Source: Callorhinchus milii
Taxonomy: Eukaryota
Reading direction: 5' to 3'
Assembly: GCF_018977255.1 (NCBI RefSeq)
Contig: NW_024704743.1
Span: 23,500,001 to 23,564,000 of the forward strand
Length of the DNA: 64,000 bases
Position 1 is the first letter of the stretch. Each line of letters opens with the position of its first letter. Shown here one piece after another: positions 11,860 through 23,680 of the stretch. The notes beneath the pieces are model-generated. The model did not search any database and had not been told where the DNA came from. It worked only from the letters and a program-made list of their open reading frames with translations. Made by a program: the position numbers and the translations under genes.

Positions 11860-12152
11860 TCCAATTCTCCACACCCGGGTCCTCACCTGTACCAAACTCC
11901 GCACTCCCATAACCTAGTCCTCACCAGGCACTATTGGTTCCCTGTTTCCATTATCCTCCTGACCACCTGCCTCAATCCTTCTGTCTTGTCACCTATTTAT
12001 TTATCTTTAAATCCTACCTTGACTTACCCATTCGACCGCACCTATAGTCATCTATCCCACTCCTTGCTCGGTGTCCAACCCTGGTTCTGTATTGTGCTCT
12101 GAGACACTATCTTGCTTGACGGATATTATATACATATAAGTTGTTGTTATTG
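11860..12152 (+). mobile_element. degraded L2 3' fragment
   Basis: GTCCTCACCTGTACCAAACTCCGC and tail CTCTGAGACACTATCTTGC...AAGTTGTTG. Confidence 0.65.
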
Positions 12153-13209
12153 TTGGTAGCCAGGCTGCTACTCTCATTATTTTACTCCACTTTCCCGAGC
12201 GAAGTTTGATTTTTGCTGCCGTTAACAAAAACCTGTCAGCATCTCCCTCGATCTCGCCTTCGCTGGACATATTTTTTTTCTCTCCTCTGCTGCTGATGTC
12301 ATCTCAAAAAATGCATGACCCCATTCTGCACATCAGGACTCACAGCACTGATTACTAGTTGACCTGTATAACTAAACAATTACTGTAACCTAAGAACATA
12401 GAAGATTCCTCAGAGGAAAGAATCCATACTGCAAGTCCATACTGTGCCTGCCTTCATGCCTGCCTGAAGATGTGTCCAAATCTTCAGTGCTCCCAGGGTC
12501 CCAACAGTGCCGCAAAGCTAACCAGGGTCTCTGAACATTGCTACTTAGGTCAAGGACATGGCTCTAGTGATAACAAATAACAGCATGCTACAAGGTGCAC
12601 TTTCTGCTGAGTGCTTTCTTCACCAAAGTGGAGAGATGAAGAGGAGAATGCTGGAGACCAGATTAGGTGAACACAGGGCAGGATATCCTGGTTAGGCAGA
12701 CAGAAGCCAGACTAAAATGAACATGCAACAGTGATGTATCCTGATTGGGATGCTCCCAGAGTCCACAACATCAGCTTTCACGAGAGGGAAATTAGCGTTG
12801 TTCTCTGTGACATGGTGCTCCAAGGCAAATAGTGCGGCATTGATTAAGTGTCACTTTGTGATACAGTACTAAAGCACTGCATTGCCACAACACTCTGAAA
12901 ACAGCGGAGAAACAAACAAGCTTTTCACCAAAGTCAGCAGAGGATCTGGAGCCCACAAGTCAAGAACCTACACCAGGTAAGTCCTCAGTGCTCCAGGGCA
13001 CTGCTGATGAACATCTTCAGTCAGCCTGGCTCATTAGCAGCACTTGGAGGACTAGACCAGTTACTTGGAGGAGGGATTCTTCCCAACAGCTCCTGTTAAC
13101 CCTGGAAGTCTAAATCCTAATGGATTGGGTGGTCCTAGCTGAACATGCATCAGGAAGCTAGTCAGACAGTGCTCTAAATGGCAAATTATGTGTCTTAGCT
13201 GGTTATACT

Positions 13210-15930
13210 CAACAACAACAACAACAAGATTACATTTGTATAGCGCCTTTCACGTCGGGAGGACGTCCTAAGGTACTGGACAGTGTACAGCATTTCAGAC
13301 CCGAGCTGGGGTCGCGGGCGGGTGGGAGAAGGGAGGGGAGGGGAAGGGGGGTGACCGATGGCATGATCGAAGAGGAGGGTCTTGACAACAACAACAAGAT
13401 TCCATTTATTGAGCGCCTTTCACGTCGGGAGGACGTCCCAAGGCGCTGTACAGTTGGGTCAGGACCCGAGCAGGGGGGAAATGGTCAGGGTGGGGGGAGG
13501 GAAGGGAGAGAGCGAGGAGGGGGTAGAGAGTCGAGAGGAGAGCTGAAGGCTCGGTCAAGAGAAAGGTCTTGAGACCGGCCTTGAAGGAGGAAAGGGAGGA
13601 GGCAAGGCGAAGGCACTGGGGGATAGAGTTCCAGAGCCTCGGGGCTGAGAGACTGAAGGCCCGGCCACCGATGGTAGGGCGGTTGGGGTGGGGGATGTGG
13701 AGCAGACCGGAGCCAGAGGAACGGAGGGTACGGGCGGGTAGGTAGGGGGATAGTAGGTCAGAGAGGTAGGAGGGAGCAAGGCCGTGAATGGCCTTGTAGG
13801 TGAGGATGAGGATCTTGAATTCGATCCTCTGGGGGATGGGGAGCCAGTGGAGGCGAGCGAGGGTGGGAGTGATGTGGTCCCGAAGTCTGGTGCGGAACAG
13901 TACACGAGCTGCAGAGTTCTGAATGACCTGCAGCTTGTGGAGGGAGGTGCCAGGAAGGCCGGCGAGGAGAGAGTTCCCATAGTCCAGCCTTGAGGTGATA
14001 AAGGCGCGGACCAGGGTTTCAGCAGCGTGAGGGATGGGGTAGTGCCGTAGTCTTGCGACATTCCGGAGGTGATGGAAGGCGGTGCCAGTTGTGGAGCGGA
14101 TATGGGGGAGAAAGGACAGCTCAGGGTCGAACAGAACCCCGAGGTTCCTGACCGGCTTTGAGAGGTGGAGAGTGCAGCCTTGGATGCTGATGCTGTCAGC
14201 GCCTGAGGTGCGGAGGCGCTGACGGGAGCCAATCAGGAGGGCCTCAGTTTTGCGCACGTTCAGCTGGAGAAAGTTATCTCTCGTCCAGGACTCGATGTCG
14301 GACAGGCAGCTGTCAGGACATCGGTGGTCGTGGAGTTGAGGGTAGAGGAGGAAAGGTAGAGTTGGGTGTCATCCGCATACATGTGGAAGTTAACCCCATG
14401 TCTGTGGATGATGTCACCAAGGGGGAGCATGTAGAGGGTGAAGAGGAGGGGACCGAGGACAGAGCCTTGAGGGACACCGCACGAGACAGTGCGGGGGCCG
14501 GAGGAAAAACCATTTATGGAGACAAAGTGAAGACGGTGGGAGAGGTACGACCTAAACCACTCAAGGACAGGGCCTTGAAGGTTTAGGTGGGAGGACAAGC
14601 GGTGGAGGAGGATAGCATGGTCGACCGTATCGAATGCTGCCGATAGGTCGAGGAGGACGAGGAGGCAGAGGGAGCCCTGGTCACAGATGGTCAGGATATC
14701 ATTGGTGACCTTGACCAGGGCAGTTTCTGTGCTATGGGCAGCACGGAAACCCGATTGAAGGGGTTCGAATAGTGAATGGTTGGAGAGGAAAGAGCGCAGC
14801 TGGGAGGCGACAACTCGTTCCAGGACCTTGGATAGGAAGGGGAGGTTGGAGATGGGCCGGTAGCTTGATAGCTGCGACGCATCAAGGGAGGGTTTTTTTA
14901 AGGTGGGAGTGATGGTGGCAGTTTTTAAGGGAATGGGAATAGAGCCAGAGGAGAGGGACAGGTTGACGATGTCTGTGATATGTGGGGCAAGGAGGTGGAG
15001 CTGGGAGATAAGGAGTGGAGTGGGGATGGGGTCAAGGGAGCAGGTGGTAGGTTTCAGGGAGAGGATGAGTTTGGTGACAGAGGATGGGGAAACGGGTACG
15101 AAGGTGTGTAGGGGAGGATGGGTAGGAGTCGGAGTGTGGGAGGGAAGGGGTGGGTGGTGGGTGGATGTTGGAGGGGAAGTGACCGCGGAGCGGATTCCCT
15201 TGATCTTTGATTCAAGGAAATCCAGCATCTCCTCGCAGTGAAGGTTGGAGGAGATGATCTGCGCGGGGTGGCGGGGGGGACGGAGGAGTTGGGATGTGGT
15301 AGAGAACAGTAGCCTGGGGTCGTCCTTCGCCTCCAGGATTATCCTGGAGTAGAAGGACGATTTGGCCGAGGCTAGAGTGTAGCGGTAGATTTTGAGGAGG
15401 TCCAGTCAGATTTGTCGGTGGACCGTTAGGCCAGATTTGACCCAGGTGCGTTCAGCGGCCCGCACCTGGCTCTTCAGTGAGCGGAGGTGGGTGGTGAACC
15501 AGGGGGAGGAGCGAGAGTCGGAGACAGGCGGGACTTGAAGGAGGCTAAGGAGAGGGTGAGGCGGAGTGACTGGGGGATGGAGTTCCAGAGGTTGGGGGCA
15601 GGGTGGCTGAAGACTCTCCCACCAATGGTGGGGCAGGTGGGTTGGGGGACGTGGAGCAGGCCGGAGCCGGCTGAGCAGAGGGAACAGGTGGGTTGGTAGG
15701 GGGTTAGGAGGTCACACAGGTAGGGTGGGGCGAGACCATGGAGGGCTTTGTATGTGAGGACCAGGATCTTGAACTGGATCCTCATAGGGAGCCAAAGGAG
15801 TTGGACGAGAATGGGGGAGATGGGGTCACGGAGTTTGGTGAGGGAGAGGACACGGACTGCAGACTTCTGGATTATCTGCAGCCTGTGGAGGGAGGAGTTG
15901 GGAAGGCCACAAGCAGGGCGTTACCCCAGT
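13210..15930 (-). mobile_element. outer 5'-truncated L2 (13210-13386 plus ~15523-15930) split by a nested L2
   Basis: ...GGAGGGTCTTGA resumes as AGGCGGGACTTGAAGGAGG after the insert; ORF 15474-15785 is L2 ORF2 C-terminus (RIQFKILVLTYKALHGLAPPYL). Confidence 0.85.
13387..15525 (-). mobile_element. young 5'-truncated L2 LINE with a near-intact reverse transcriptase (one stop, one frameshift near 14305)
   Basis: [77 protein letters not shown]; CpG-rich; (TTG)n tail; endonuclease absent. Confidence 0.96.
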
Positions 15931-16164
15931 TCATGGTATGGGATTTCCAAGCATTGGTTCTTGCCAATCTGCACGTCAATCTCTCTGGAAATAGGTAAGC
16001 AGGGAGTATCACTCCAAGGAGAGTGGGCAATTCATTCTAGACACAGGTAAATTTCCATGTGTAGGTTGCATATATATGTGGAACTCTCAGGCTAGTTTGG
16101 ATACTGTTAAGCATGGTGATGGGTTTCTGCATTTCTGGATGTATCAGCCATTCAACTGACTAGA

Positions 16165-16590
16165 GGAGTCCTGTAGTTGTAGTGGTTAGAGCATTCACCT
16201 CGTAAGTGAGAGGACCCGGGTTCAATTCCCGGGCAAGGAGAAATGTTGGGCAAACTTCCTTCCTTACCTCTGTTCACCTAGCAGTAAGTAGGAACCTGGT
16301 TGTTAATTGATCGGCGGATCACTTTTCCGGGGATAATAATCCCTTTTTAAAAAAAAACTATAATAATTTGGTTTCTCAGTCCACGCCTGTTTGTGGGACT
16401 GAGCAGATCAGTGGCAACTTATTAACACTGTTTTGTGGAGACATTACTGTGTGTAGCAACAGTGCAATTGGCTGCCGCGTTGTGCCCACAAAGTATACTG
16501 TCAATTCACTGTTAAGTATATTCTGTGAAGCGCTTTGAGAAGTCTCAAAGACGTAATAAGGCATTCTATCTAATGCAAGGATTATAATTG
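16165..16590 (+). mobile_element. tRNA-derived SINE, long subtype
   Basis: GGAGTCCTGTAG head, B box GGGTTCAATTCCC, long internal segment, L2-type tail. Confidence 0.88.
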
Positions 16591-17042
16591 TAGAAAAATA
16601 TTGTCTTAAAATATAAGATAATGTATGATTTTGAAATGTCTTTAATTTTAAAGTCTGTAAAAAGGATTGCGAAAAACCGTCTTCCAAATTCAAGAATTTT
16701 CTAAAATCCTGCAATCTTAATTTTAAAACAACAAACTTAAATTGCTTCTGAAAGATTGTAAAGAAATGTAGGTGGCATAGATATATGAAAATGAGTCTGG
16801 TTTGGATACTCTTAAGCATGGTGATGGATTTCTGCATGCTTAACACCCAATTAATCATAAAAATTACATCACATTTTGTCTCCTAAGTTGCATTGTGCTT
16901 CTTTTGGCTGCAAAAAAAATCTTGGTTCAGATCAGTTCATAATGAGTTTTTGCCTAATGTCTAAACTATTCTTCATTTGTACAAATTAAAACTAGAAACA
17001 AAAGTAGGGGATTTATCACAGCAGCACTCTAACCATGCAATA

Positions 17043-17465
17043 TGTCAACCTGGCTCAGTTAGTAGCACTCTCGCCTTTGAGTCAGAAGGTGGATTCAAGC
17101 GTCATGTTGGGACTTGGTACTCATATAGTCTAGGCTGACACTCCAATGCAGTGCTGGCAAGGTCCTGCATTACAGGAGATGCCAGCCTTCGGCTGAGACG
17201 TTAAACTAAATTCCTGTCTCTCTGTTCATGTAGACATTTAAAAATCCCTTGACGCTATTCAAAAAGAAGGGAATTTTTCCTGGTGTCCTGGCTATCGATA
17301 TCCCAAATAAAGTTGCTCATTTACTCATGGCTGTTTGTGGGAAGTGCTATGTGCAAATTGGCTGCCGCCTTTACCCACAAAATACAACAGTTTACAATAA
17401 ATCCTGTGAAGTGCTGTGAGATGTCCTCCTGATGTGAAAGGCATTACACCAAATGCAAGGATTTT
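17043..17465 (+). mobile_element. Deu-domain-type SINE (SacSINE1-like), near full length, with an L2 tail appended to ~17525
   Basis: Different tRNA-like head (TGGCTCAGTTAGTAGCACTCTCGCCTTTGAGTCAGAAGG), central GGCTGAGACGTTAAAC...AAATCCC...CCTGGTGTCCTGGC resembling the Deu domain from memory, shared L2-type tail. Confidence 0.75.
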
Positions 17466-18599
17466 TCAGCGCCTTGGGATATCCTCCCAACGTGAAAGCT
17501 TTACAAATGTAATTTTGTACTATTATTTACATTTCATGTAATGTTACTCGATTGCCTTTCATATCTATTACTAACATGAATGCAATTTAATGTATTGCTT
17601 GTGACGTTAAAAACTTAGCCCCAAATTAAAGAAAATTGAAGCTAATAATTTTTGCCTCTTCAAGTTGACAAAGCCATCGAATATAATCTATTTTATTGAC
17701 TCCGTATTTAATGCAGTAAAAGTGACTTAAAATGCTGATACAGAGATCTGTAATTTATGCAAAGTTGCATAATAAATGCCTCATTGCTTCCCTTCTCCAT
17801 TCGCCTACCATCAGTAAGCAAGATTTTAGCCTTCCTCCTGTTCCCTGAAACTCTATCCGGAGTCTTTCTGCCTCACCCTCTCCCTCCCTGCCTTTAACAA
17901 CAACAGCAGCTTGCATCTATATGGTGCCCCTCCCACAGGGTAGCTTCCCAGAGCTAAAGCCCTCCTCTCCCTCCTTACAACTGCTTTCTGTCACCTTTCT
18001 TCCGCCACCCACCGATCTCTGCTCCTCCTCCCCCCGCCCACCACCACCACATACACCACTCGAGTTACTAGTCAGCTATGTGAACCCTTTGAGACAGTCT
18101 CGCAATGTGAAAAGCGATATGAAAATGTAGATTGTTATTCTCGGATTACAATTACAACTCACTGCAGTAAAGTGACAAGTACCCCCTGTTCAAATAGCAT
18201 TCTCTATCTTTAAAGTTGTGCATGGTCATCTATTGTGAGGTCTGGTATTTTCACTAACCTGCGAGTCACTCTCAGCCATTGGGTTTTTGCAAGGTTCTCA
18301 GCACCTGAAGCAATGAACTGTCCATTTTTGTAACTGTGTAAGTATCTCTGCCTGTCAGCTGGCTAACCTGAGAAATCATTGACAGTTTCAAACAACAAGA
18401 TCAGGGGGTCAATACCTCGAGACACATTTGATACTGGTGCTGATTGGCATATTTTGTCATGTTCCATTATGATGTATTTTAAAGATCATTAAGTTGTCTC
18501 AATTATCAAAAGTGTTGCTGGTTCCTTATCTCATGGGTTACTACAGTATTGTGGTGAAAATTCAAATGCTTCCCAATGGGCTTAGGGTCTCATGGTAGT

Positions 18600-18922
18600 G
18601 GAGCAGCACGAGGCTTCACAGTGCTACTGCACTACCCTAACTCTGAAATATTAAACCGAGGTCCCATCTGCACGATCAATTACATGTTAAAGATCCCATG
18701 GCACTGTTCCAAAAGAGAAGAGTGTTTCTCCCAGTATCCTGGCCAGCAATCCCTCAAAATAAAATCACTCACTCACTCCACGACTGTTTGTTGGACTCAG
18801 CTTTGCGCAACTGGTTGACGTGTTTTGGCTACAAAATACACAATCAATCCACATGAAGTGTATTCCCTGAACCAGTTTGAGACGTCTGAACGACATGATC
18901 AGTCGTTATATCAAATGCAACT
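18600..18922 (+). mobile_element. Deu-domain-type SINE fragment
   Basis: TTAAACCGAGGTCCCATCTGC...GTTAAAGATCCCATGGCACTGTT...TCCTGGCCA. Confidence 0.7.
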
Positions 18923-20499
18923 CCAAATTAAAGGATTATCTTTAACCTTGTGAATCTGAACACAGACCATAGTTAGGTTGCTACAATTGGCCTGAGTGCC
19001 CCTAGGATATGAAAGGGTGAGTTGATGTTGATGTCTCAACATCAAGCAAGGACAGTATCAGGGTTGGCGGTAATACTCCCTTTCATCAAACATGTCTGTG
19101 TCTTAATACCTTTTTTTATGTTTTCAGTGGGCTTCATCCTTAGATCACTGTAAAGTTTGAATGGTGAAAAGAAAACAGAAAACAAAATAGATTTGATTCC
19201 AAAGGAAGTAAAAGTAGGTGACACCTTAAAGGAGCAATATTGTTTGCCTGCAGATAAATAGTCACTACACTTCATGGTAAATTCCAGTGAAGCGCTTTGA
19301 GACGTCTTGACAATGTAATAAGGCGCAATATCAAATCCAAGGATTATTATCATGTATTCTTATACAGGACAAACATGGGGAGGGGCTAAACCATGGTATT
19401 TCTTAATGAGATTCCTTCACATTTTTTCCAGTAACTGAAAGAGCATCATGCAATCTACAGCAATTCAGTCCTGATACAATCGACTACGGGAGTGGAGTCA
19501 TCACAGGTCAACAGGAATTCTATTTTTGATTAAGAAAAAACATAAACACAGAACCCAACTGTGCCTCTTTCCTCCATGCTAAATGCAGAAATTTCTTCCT
19601 CGCTGAGATTTTCACTACAACAACAAATTGCAATTATATGACACCTTTCACTTTGGGGGGCCATCCCAAGGTGCTGGGGACTAACGTTGACACTGTAATG
19701 TGATTGTGCAAACAATATAACATATCTTGCATTTGATATAGTGCCTTATATCGTTGAGACGTCGCAGAATTTCACAGAATTTACTGTAAAGATGTGTGAC
19801 TGTTATGTCGGCAAACCCTGCACCTAAGGTACATACAACATAGTCCCACAAACAGCCATCAAGTGAATGGCCAATTCTAATTACAATGCTGGTGCTCAGA
19901 CATGTCATATTGGATATATAGAGCCTACTATTCTGGGACATAACACATTTGACAATTTGGAGCTGCGCTAAGCACTGTTAGAACTGGTGAGGGTGGCAAC
20001 TCTCTCATTGCAGCTCAGTGAGTGTCATAAAGAAAGTAGTTTAATATATAAGAAATATAACCATTGGTTACATCAGTGCAGGAATCCTGCCTGTCAGCTA
20101 CATGATATGGGTAGGGATTTTTAATTAACCCTAAAAGTGCTGGGGCACAGTCCCAAGGCTACTGACTGTCCATCCCAGTACCAGGACTAAATGGGTTTCT
20201 TTATGCCTGACCCTTAATGGTAAGGGTCGGCAGATTATTTGTCTGTGGAAGGCTTTGAACCCAGCTTAAACTTGTGCTCACTTGAGGCAGGAAATCCTTT
20301 TCAAGAACTGCAGAAAATCAGCTTCATTGAGACTGATTTAAGAATTTTTAAATATCCTGCACCATCCTGAATTTTAAGGCACATCCTGAAGGCTAAGACC
20401 ATAATAAAGTTTGCACTTCTTACATCCAGCAGGGATTTCTTGGTAGCAATCAAGTACAGCTTAATTCGTCACCCCACGCTGCCCCACAAATAATTTTCA

Positions 20500-20800
20500 T
20501 TGGACTGGAGAAGGTTGAGTGGATATCTGATAGAGGTCTTTAAAATTATGAGAGGTTTTGATAAAGTCAATAGAGAAATTATTTCCACTGGTTGATATCA
20601 ATTTAAGATAATTAGCAAGGTGATTAGGAGGATATTTTTAATGAAAAAGTTGTTAGAATGTGGAATTATCTACCAGATCCATATTAGCTTTCAAGAGGGA
20701 ACTAGATAGATATCTGAAAAAAGAGGAATCCTTTAGATGGGGGAAAGGCAGGTAAATGGGATTGAATGGATTTCTCATTCAGAGGGCCAGCACAGGCAAG
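20500..20800 (+). mobile_element. CR1 LINE 3' fragment
   Basis: GAGAAGGTTGAGTGGATATCTGATAGAGGTCTTTAAAATTATGAGAGGTTTTGATA (RRL.GYLIEVFKIMRGFD). Confidence 0.8.
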
Positions 20801-21027
20801 ATAATAATAATAATAATAATCCTTGCATTTGATATAGCGCTTTTCACGTCGGGAGGACGTCCCAAAGCGCTTCACAGAACACACTGTAAAGTGAATTGAC
20901 TGTATATTTGTGGGCGAACGCGGCAGCCAATTGCGCACAGCAATGTCCCACAAACAGTCGTAGATTGAAAATGACCCAATTTTTTTTTTATTATTGTTTT
21001 TTGGTTTTTTTGGAGGGATTATTATTA
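20801..21027 (-). mobile_element. 5'-truncated young SINE (CTCCC loop)
   Basis: Tail essentially identical to that of 63345-63664. Confidence 0.9.
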
Positions 21028-21289
21028 TCTTGTTGATACTCGTCAACAAGGTGATGTCTCACCACTGTAATCATAGACAGACTGCAGACATGGTTGGGAA
21101 GAGAGACTGCAGACATGGATGCAGTGGGCATGGAGAGAAGGAATAACATGACCAAATCCAGTGGCAGCCGGTTTCATAGCCAAGACCAATAATTTATATT
21201 TTGAAATAGACTGAGAACAGGAGAACTGTAGATAGATAGACCAAATAGCCTTTTATGCTACAAATCTCTGTGGTTCTGTGGGTACTGTG

Positions 21290-21670
21290 GTCATTGCAGT
21301 TCAGTGGTTAGAGCACTCGCCTCGCAAGTGAGAGACCTGGCTTCGATTCCCGGCAGGGCGAAATGTTGGGCAAGTTTCCTTACTTCACACGCCACTGTTT
21401 ACCTAGCAGTAAGTAGGAACCTGGTTGTTAGTCGATTGGTGGATCGCTTTTCCGGGGGTAAAAATTCCTTCAAAAAAAATAATAATAATGAATTGGTCAC
21501 TTCAATCCATGACTGTTTGTGGGACACTGCTGAGCGCATTTGGCTGCTGCGTTTTATTCACAAAATATAAATCAATTCACTACACAGTATAATCTGTGAA
21601 GCACTTTGAGACATCTCAAAGATGTGATAAACTGCTATATCAAATGCAAGGACTATTATTGTTGTTATTA
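21290..21670 (+). mobile_element. tRNA-derived SINE, long subtype
   Basis: CAGTGGTTAGAGCACTCGCCTCGCAAGTGAG head, long segment, tail. Confidence 0.9.
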
Positions 21671-22159
21671 TTTGTAACAGCTTAATTTCTGCCTTGGCAT
21701 AAACCAGAGCTTCCAGCACTGTAAATCTGTAAAGTATCTTTCCCAACTGAACCATTAGAGTTGCACAATTTAATGATTATCATTACCGAATGTCCGTCAT
21801 GCCTAAGTGCAAAATGTAACCATAGTAATGGTGCGGCTTCACTATTATTTGCACAGCGTTAAAATGAGAGCTTTGCGGTGAGGAATTTAGTAAGTTAGCA
21901 TATGGACGAAAGTCAAAAGCATCTGCGGCACACTTTGTACTAAGATTACATCCTCATGTCAGGACAGAATAAACAAATATGAGAACCATGACAATTGAAA
22001 TAAAAGCTAATAGCTATCCGTTCTGGCCTTGATCCAACAAATGATTATGCAAATGAATTCTTGTCCTGGTGAGGTGAAACAGCTGGAAGGTGTTATGACT
22101 TTTAGGATGCTGAAAGATCAATGTTAATATAAGTGCTTTCCCTTTTCTTCATGGTGTAA

Positions 22160-22615
22160 TAATAATACTTGCGCTTGACAGAGTGCTTATAATGTCAAAA
22201 CACCACCAAACACCTCAGAGTAATTGCTGTCAAGTGCAGTGACTGTATTTGTAGGTAAATGCTGCAGCCAATTCGCGCCCAGCAATATCCCACATACGGC
22301 CATGAAGTAAATAAATAATTCTATCTGGAGGATTGTTGACCAGGATCCTGGGAGAAAATACCTTCTATTTTCGAATTGGGTCGCAGAATCTTTGAAGCCC
22401 ACTTGAACGTCTCATCTCAAGGATGGGTTTTTAATAATAATAATAAAAATCCTTGCATTTGATATAGCACCTTATAGCACCTTATCACATCATTGAGACG
22501 TTTCAAAGTGCTTAACAGAATATACTGTAAAGTGAATTGATTGTATATATTTTGTGAGTGAAACGCAGCAGCCAATTGTGCACAGTGGTGTCCCACAAAC
22601 AGCCGTGGATTGAGG
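22160..22615 (-). mobile_element. adjacent degraded SINE fragments (Deu-type 22160-22430; SINE tail 22433-22615)
   Basis: Shared body GCAGCCAATT...CCCACAAACAGCC and tail. Confidence 0.65.
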
Positions 22616-23084
22616 ACACCAGGATTTTTTCTTCAGTGGTTGCGAACTGGAGTCTAAGGAATGGACTACTATCCAAATATTTGATAAATTGTTACGTTAC
22701 AAATAGGAACAATAGAGACTGTACTTTAGCCTTGGATGATGTAAGATATATTAGCAGAGGTGCACTTGGGTGCCAGTGGGTCTAATGCCATTAGATCGAA
22801 TGTTGTGACGTTGTAATATGAGTAAAAGCAAGATAATGAAATTCTCACTCTTCATTTTTAAATTTTATAAGATAGGTTCGGATGAGAAGGCCCTTGGTCT
22901 CATTGCTCTCATTTTTCGAGAACAACAAACCTACCTTCTTCTCATTACAGCATCAAGCTGTTTCTTAAATGTGTCCATCATAAGATATGAATAACCATTT
23001 TTTTACCGGAATGTTTTAATATTCATGGAGCACATTTAAGTGCACTTAGTGAAATGAAAGGAGAACTAAAGAGGGCAGTTTGTC

Positions 23085-23680
23085 TGAACTGAAATACAGA
23101 GGTTGTACTGGAATATTAGAAAAGCTAATGTTTCAAGAAAGGTCAGAAGCATTATGTGAAGAATTAGAGATGTAAGTTTGACACCCATAGTCGGAAGAAA
23201 AATGATTGCATCTATTATACACTGAGTAATCCAAGTGATTTTGGCAAAAAATTATAAATAAATAATAATATTTGGGTTACTCAATCCACGACTATTTGTG
23301 GGACACTGGTGTGGGAAATTGCCTCCTGCGTTTCGTCCACAAAATATACAGTCAATTCCCTTTACATTATATTCTGTGAAGCGATTTGAGATAACTCAAC
23401 AATGTGATAAGGTGCTAAATCAAATGCAAGGATTATTATAAAAGGACCAATCGTATTTCCACATAGGCTTATGAAAGGTCGGTAATGCCAAGCAAATTTA
23501 TTGGAGTTATTTGAGGATACAACATTATTGGTGACTGATGAGAGTAATATAGAAGAAATTAGATATCTTGAATTTCAAAGTAGATGTGATAGGACGACTC
23601 ATGAGAGACTTGTTGCTGAAGTCAAGAACTCTTAGGATAAAGGAAGATGTTGTGCGCTGGACAGTAAAGAAACAATTATT
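23085..23680 (+). mobile_element. highly degraded CR1 RT fragment with a SINE inserted at ~23255-23440
   Basis: TGGAATATTAGAAAAGCTAATG...TTCAAGAAAGG and GCAAATTTATTGGAGTTATTTGAGG (NLLEFFE-like). Confidence 0.55.

Noticed and set aside
13555..14232. Long Ser/Pro-rich and antisense ORFs over L2 (also 32737, 51184, 51249, 53557)
   Set aside because: Alternative frames of C-rich L2 sequence that is poor in stop codons.
19560..19620. Minus-strand LSEEEISAFS, calmodulin-like
   Set aside because: No EF-hand loop or canonical donor; the acceptor comes from an L2 (TTG)n tail.
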